Shown: one piece after another, positions 61,018 through 64,000 of the stretch
How the letters are laid out: every line of letters starts with the position of its first letter
Position numbering within the stretch: position 1 is the first letter of the stretch
NCBI RefSeq assembly: GCF_037042905.1
Contig: NC_087263.1
Location: 7,690,001-7,754,000, forward strand
DNA: 64,000 nucleotides
DNA from: Lytechinus pictus
Lineage: Eukaryota
Direction of reading: 5' to 3'
The notes under the pieces: model-generated
Seen by the model: only the letters and a program-made list of their open reading frames with translations
Databases searched by the model: none
What the model was told of the DNA's origin: nothing
Position numbers and translations under genes: made by a program

Positions 61018-64000
61018 TCAAAGTCCTTTGAATTCATACATGTACATGTATGTCATTTTCCATGCACGAATATAGTGTAGTAGTACACAGACTGACAAGA
61101 AAATGACTGTAGACATAATAGAACATGCATACAGAGGTCAAAAAATTTTGAAAGTTTTGGAGACCTGTGCAAAGATTCTGTTAAAAAAATTCTACATTTT
61201 TGCACCTAACCAAATTTTCAAAAAATTAATTGAATAAGACACAACTTTAATATGATATATAGGCCGATACCTATAACTTTTACAGATCAACATGATGAAT
61301 TTTAAGATCAAAAGGTACATATTTCGCTCCTGCAACAATTGCTCCGGGCTTCATTTCGTCTCAGATATACATTGTATAGGGTAAGGGTTGCAATAGGGAC
61401 TAGGGTTTTAATTACATGTAGGTGTAGGGTTAGGTTTAGGATATGGGGTATAATTTTACATTAGATTTAGGGTTGAAGTTGGCCATTCCATTAGTGTGTG
61501 GATTTCACAGTATAACAATTGTCGCCGGAGCAAGTGTCATGGAACCGTTTCATCTGGCATTTCTCAGTTGACAAATTGTCATTCCTGTCACGAAACCTTC
61601 CATGATCACTATTCATCGGAAAGTCTTTTGCTCACACACACCCACACACAAACATTTTCATTCAAATTGTATAAACTGGTCAAAGAGAAATTGTCAAACA
61701 GTATTAAAAAAAGTTAATAGTGACTAACTCACCAGGGGGTCAATTTTTTCTTCTGACTGGCAAGGATCATACACTCCCAATGGCTGAAATATAGATATTC
61801 TAGTCTTGGCCAGCTGTAAGGCAGCTTCAATGGGCTATGGTGATGGCCACCTCTTGGTTGGTTGTTATTAGGCAGCTTCTATAGGCTTTAGTGTTGGCCA
61901 GCTGACCAGCAGCAGAGGCAGCTGCTGAACTGTTGTCAGTTAGATCCTTGATAATCCTAGGAATTCTCTCTCAAGGAAATCTTCTTCTACTCAGGTCATC
62001 ATGATGGAATCTTTCAAAGTTTAAAGGGAGACATCAGCCGCTCTGGAAAAGAAAAATAGAAATTACTTTTACATGTATTTTAATAAAGTTGTTTACAAAA
62101 ATTTTGAACAATTTTAAAGGTTTATTTAAAAATGCTTATCTTTATACCACTTCAATGCAAATACTGGAAGAATGCTGTATCAGCAATCAGGTGATATTTG
62201 ACTGACAAGTGCTGTATCTACAGCTAGTATTTAAGAGTACTAAAGAAACATAATGCTAGATTTTCCAGTGTTGGTCTAACCTGAATTTGAAGGTGTCTAG
62301 TCTACTGTGGGAGGTTCAACTACAGTACCTCAGCTGGGAGAGTTCAAATTGTTGAAATTTTTATTACAACTTGTTGTACTTGTAAGAGTGACATATTTAA
62401 ACATTGTGCTTCAATTTGAATCAGCTCTTTGCGTGTGAGGGTTGCTGAGCGTTGGGTTCAGGATACATTGTACATGCATATCGATAGCTCAACACTGAAT
62501 ACTATGATGGCGCCATGCCTCCATGAATGTACATACAGAGCCTACATGTAACATAGGGAGTTTTGGTATAACCACTATGCAGACACTTTCTGGAACATAG
62601 CATATCTATTCAGTGTCAAAAGTCCCTCATGACAAAGCAGTCTTTGTTGAGAATCAGTGAATCAAAACAAGTCAGTGACTCTGGACAAACAGCATGTGCA
62701 AGACCTCTCACCTGCTCATAATTGTGATAGCATTTTCAATAGATTTACTATGGTTATAAAATTAATCTCATCGTAATTGTGAAAACTTGCTAAATAGTGT
62801 AGATCTACCGGTGTCTAACACTAAAGTCAATTCTAATTTCCAACACAATAAAATAAACATTGCATGAAATGTATGTTACCTTTAAAGAAGCAACGGCAAA
62901 TCAGGAAGAAAAGGATGCCTCATTCAGAAGTGGTATGCCATCTTAAATGATAGAATGCCGAGCCCCTATCTGTGTACGGGTAGCTGGTTCAGATTGCTTC
63001 CACTCCTAAGGTATAGGCTCTTGCGGAGGTGGTTGACATTATGTCATAAAGATATGACTCACATACACCTGTAGATGTACCTGAAAGTATGAAAAGAAAC
63101 AATTTCATGGATTTGAACAATTTGAATTATAGATCTGTTCCATCACTATCCCAGTACTGTGTAAAACAAGTATACAGTATACATGTAAAATACACTAGCA
63201 GGCAAAATTCTTTGACTCATTATGATACTAATAAAAGTTCACTGAATCTATTGTTCTCTGCTTTTATAGTGTAATAGTGAGTTAATGGAAAGCTGCACAA
63301 TATTGTGAAATTGTTTGCTAAAACAATATGAACAAATATTAGGCTTGATTATGAAACTATTTTCAATTTCAAGTGCTTGGGCTTATTCAAACAAAGACAA
63401 AAAGCAAATAAATATGCCCCTAATTGATTCAGATGCCTGAATACACTCCAACACACCTTTGTTAATATTTGTTAGCTTACATGTAACTTCCAAAGTAAAC
63501 ATCCTCTTCAAATATTAATCACATTCCATGATGAATAAAAACCGAATGTCGATGAAAATATATTGATACATATTACATTTCAGATATTTTTAAAATATTA
63601 CTGACTATGAGGGAGATACCCGGTACATGTATGTATTTCCTATGAAAATGGGTTCACATTGCCCCGAGTCTTGCTTGGCGAGGGCAATACGGGTCTACTG
63701 AGGTAAATTTGTACATGTCAGGTGTCTCCTAAAATTTAATGCTAGTCAATAGCAAAGCTGATTAATAGGCCTATTGTAATTCAAATGTATTGTATGTCTA
63801 GCTAGATGTATTTCGGATTTCAGGTTATTCTTGAACTTGATGATCGAATCACAAATACTAAAATTGTTAGTACACATGTGCGCACCATGCTTGACGCACA
63901 CAAATAAATGCCTATTAACACTTGCGCTTGAATTTGATCAGTTGGGAGCGCATGCATCATCCTCCTGGAAAGAACACAGTGTTCACAGTGTGTGCCACAG

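Overview
Eukaryotic, AT-rich, intron-rich animal DNA; the SINE/MITE repertoire suggests an echinoderm such as a sea urchin (inference). Host genes: the last four coding exons of NUP205 (+, 333-3298, with a U12-type minor intron) and a three-coding-exon FRS2/FRS3-type FGFR adaptor (-, 14647-18724, about 717 aa). The main feature is an apparently intact 15.7-kb Kolobok DNA transposon (23828-39504; TTAA TSD, 15-bp AGG...CCT TIRs). It carries two convergent spliced genes: a five-exon THAP-DDE transposase (+, about 872 aa) and a two-exon stand-alone homologue of the P2X7 cytoplasmic ballast domain (KolX; -, about 199 aa), with mirror-image subterminal motif cassettes. Further right, a 10.5-kb TAG...CTA Academ-like element (3-bp TSD) sits in a ~550-bp tandem triplication and holds CR1- and Ingi/Vingi-type LINE debris. 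Many Kolobok-, Harbinger- and Tc1-type MITEs and tRNA-derived SINEs are present. TACATGTA and related TA-N4-TA palindromes are strongly over-represented, and comparison of repeat copies shows TA replaced by TACATGTA, as expected for transposon excision footprints. Family assignments are from recalled motifs, not database searches.
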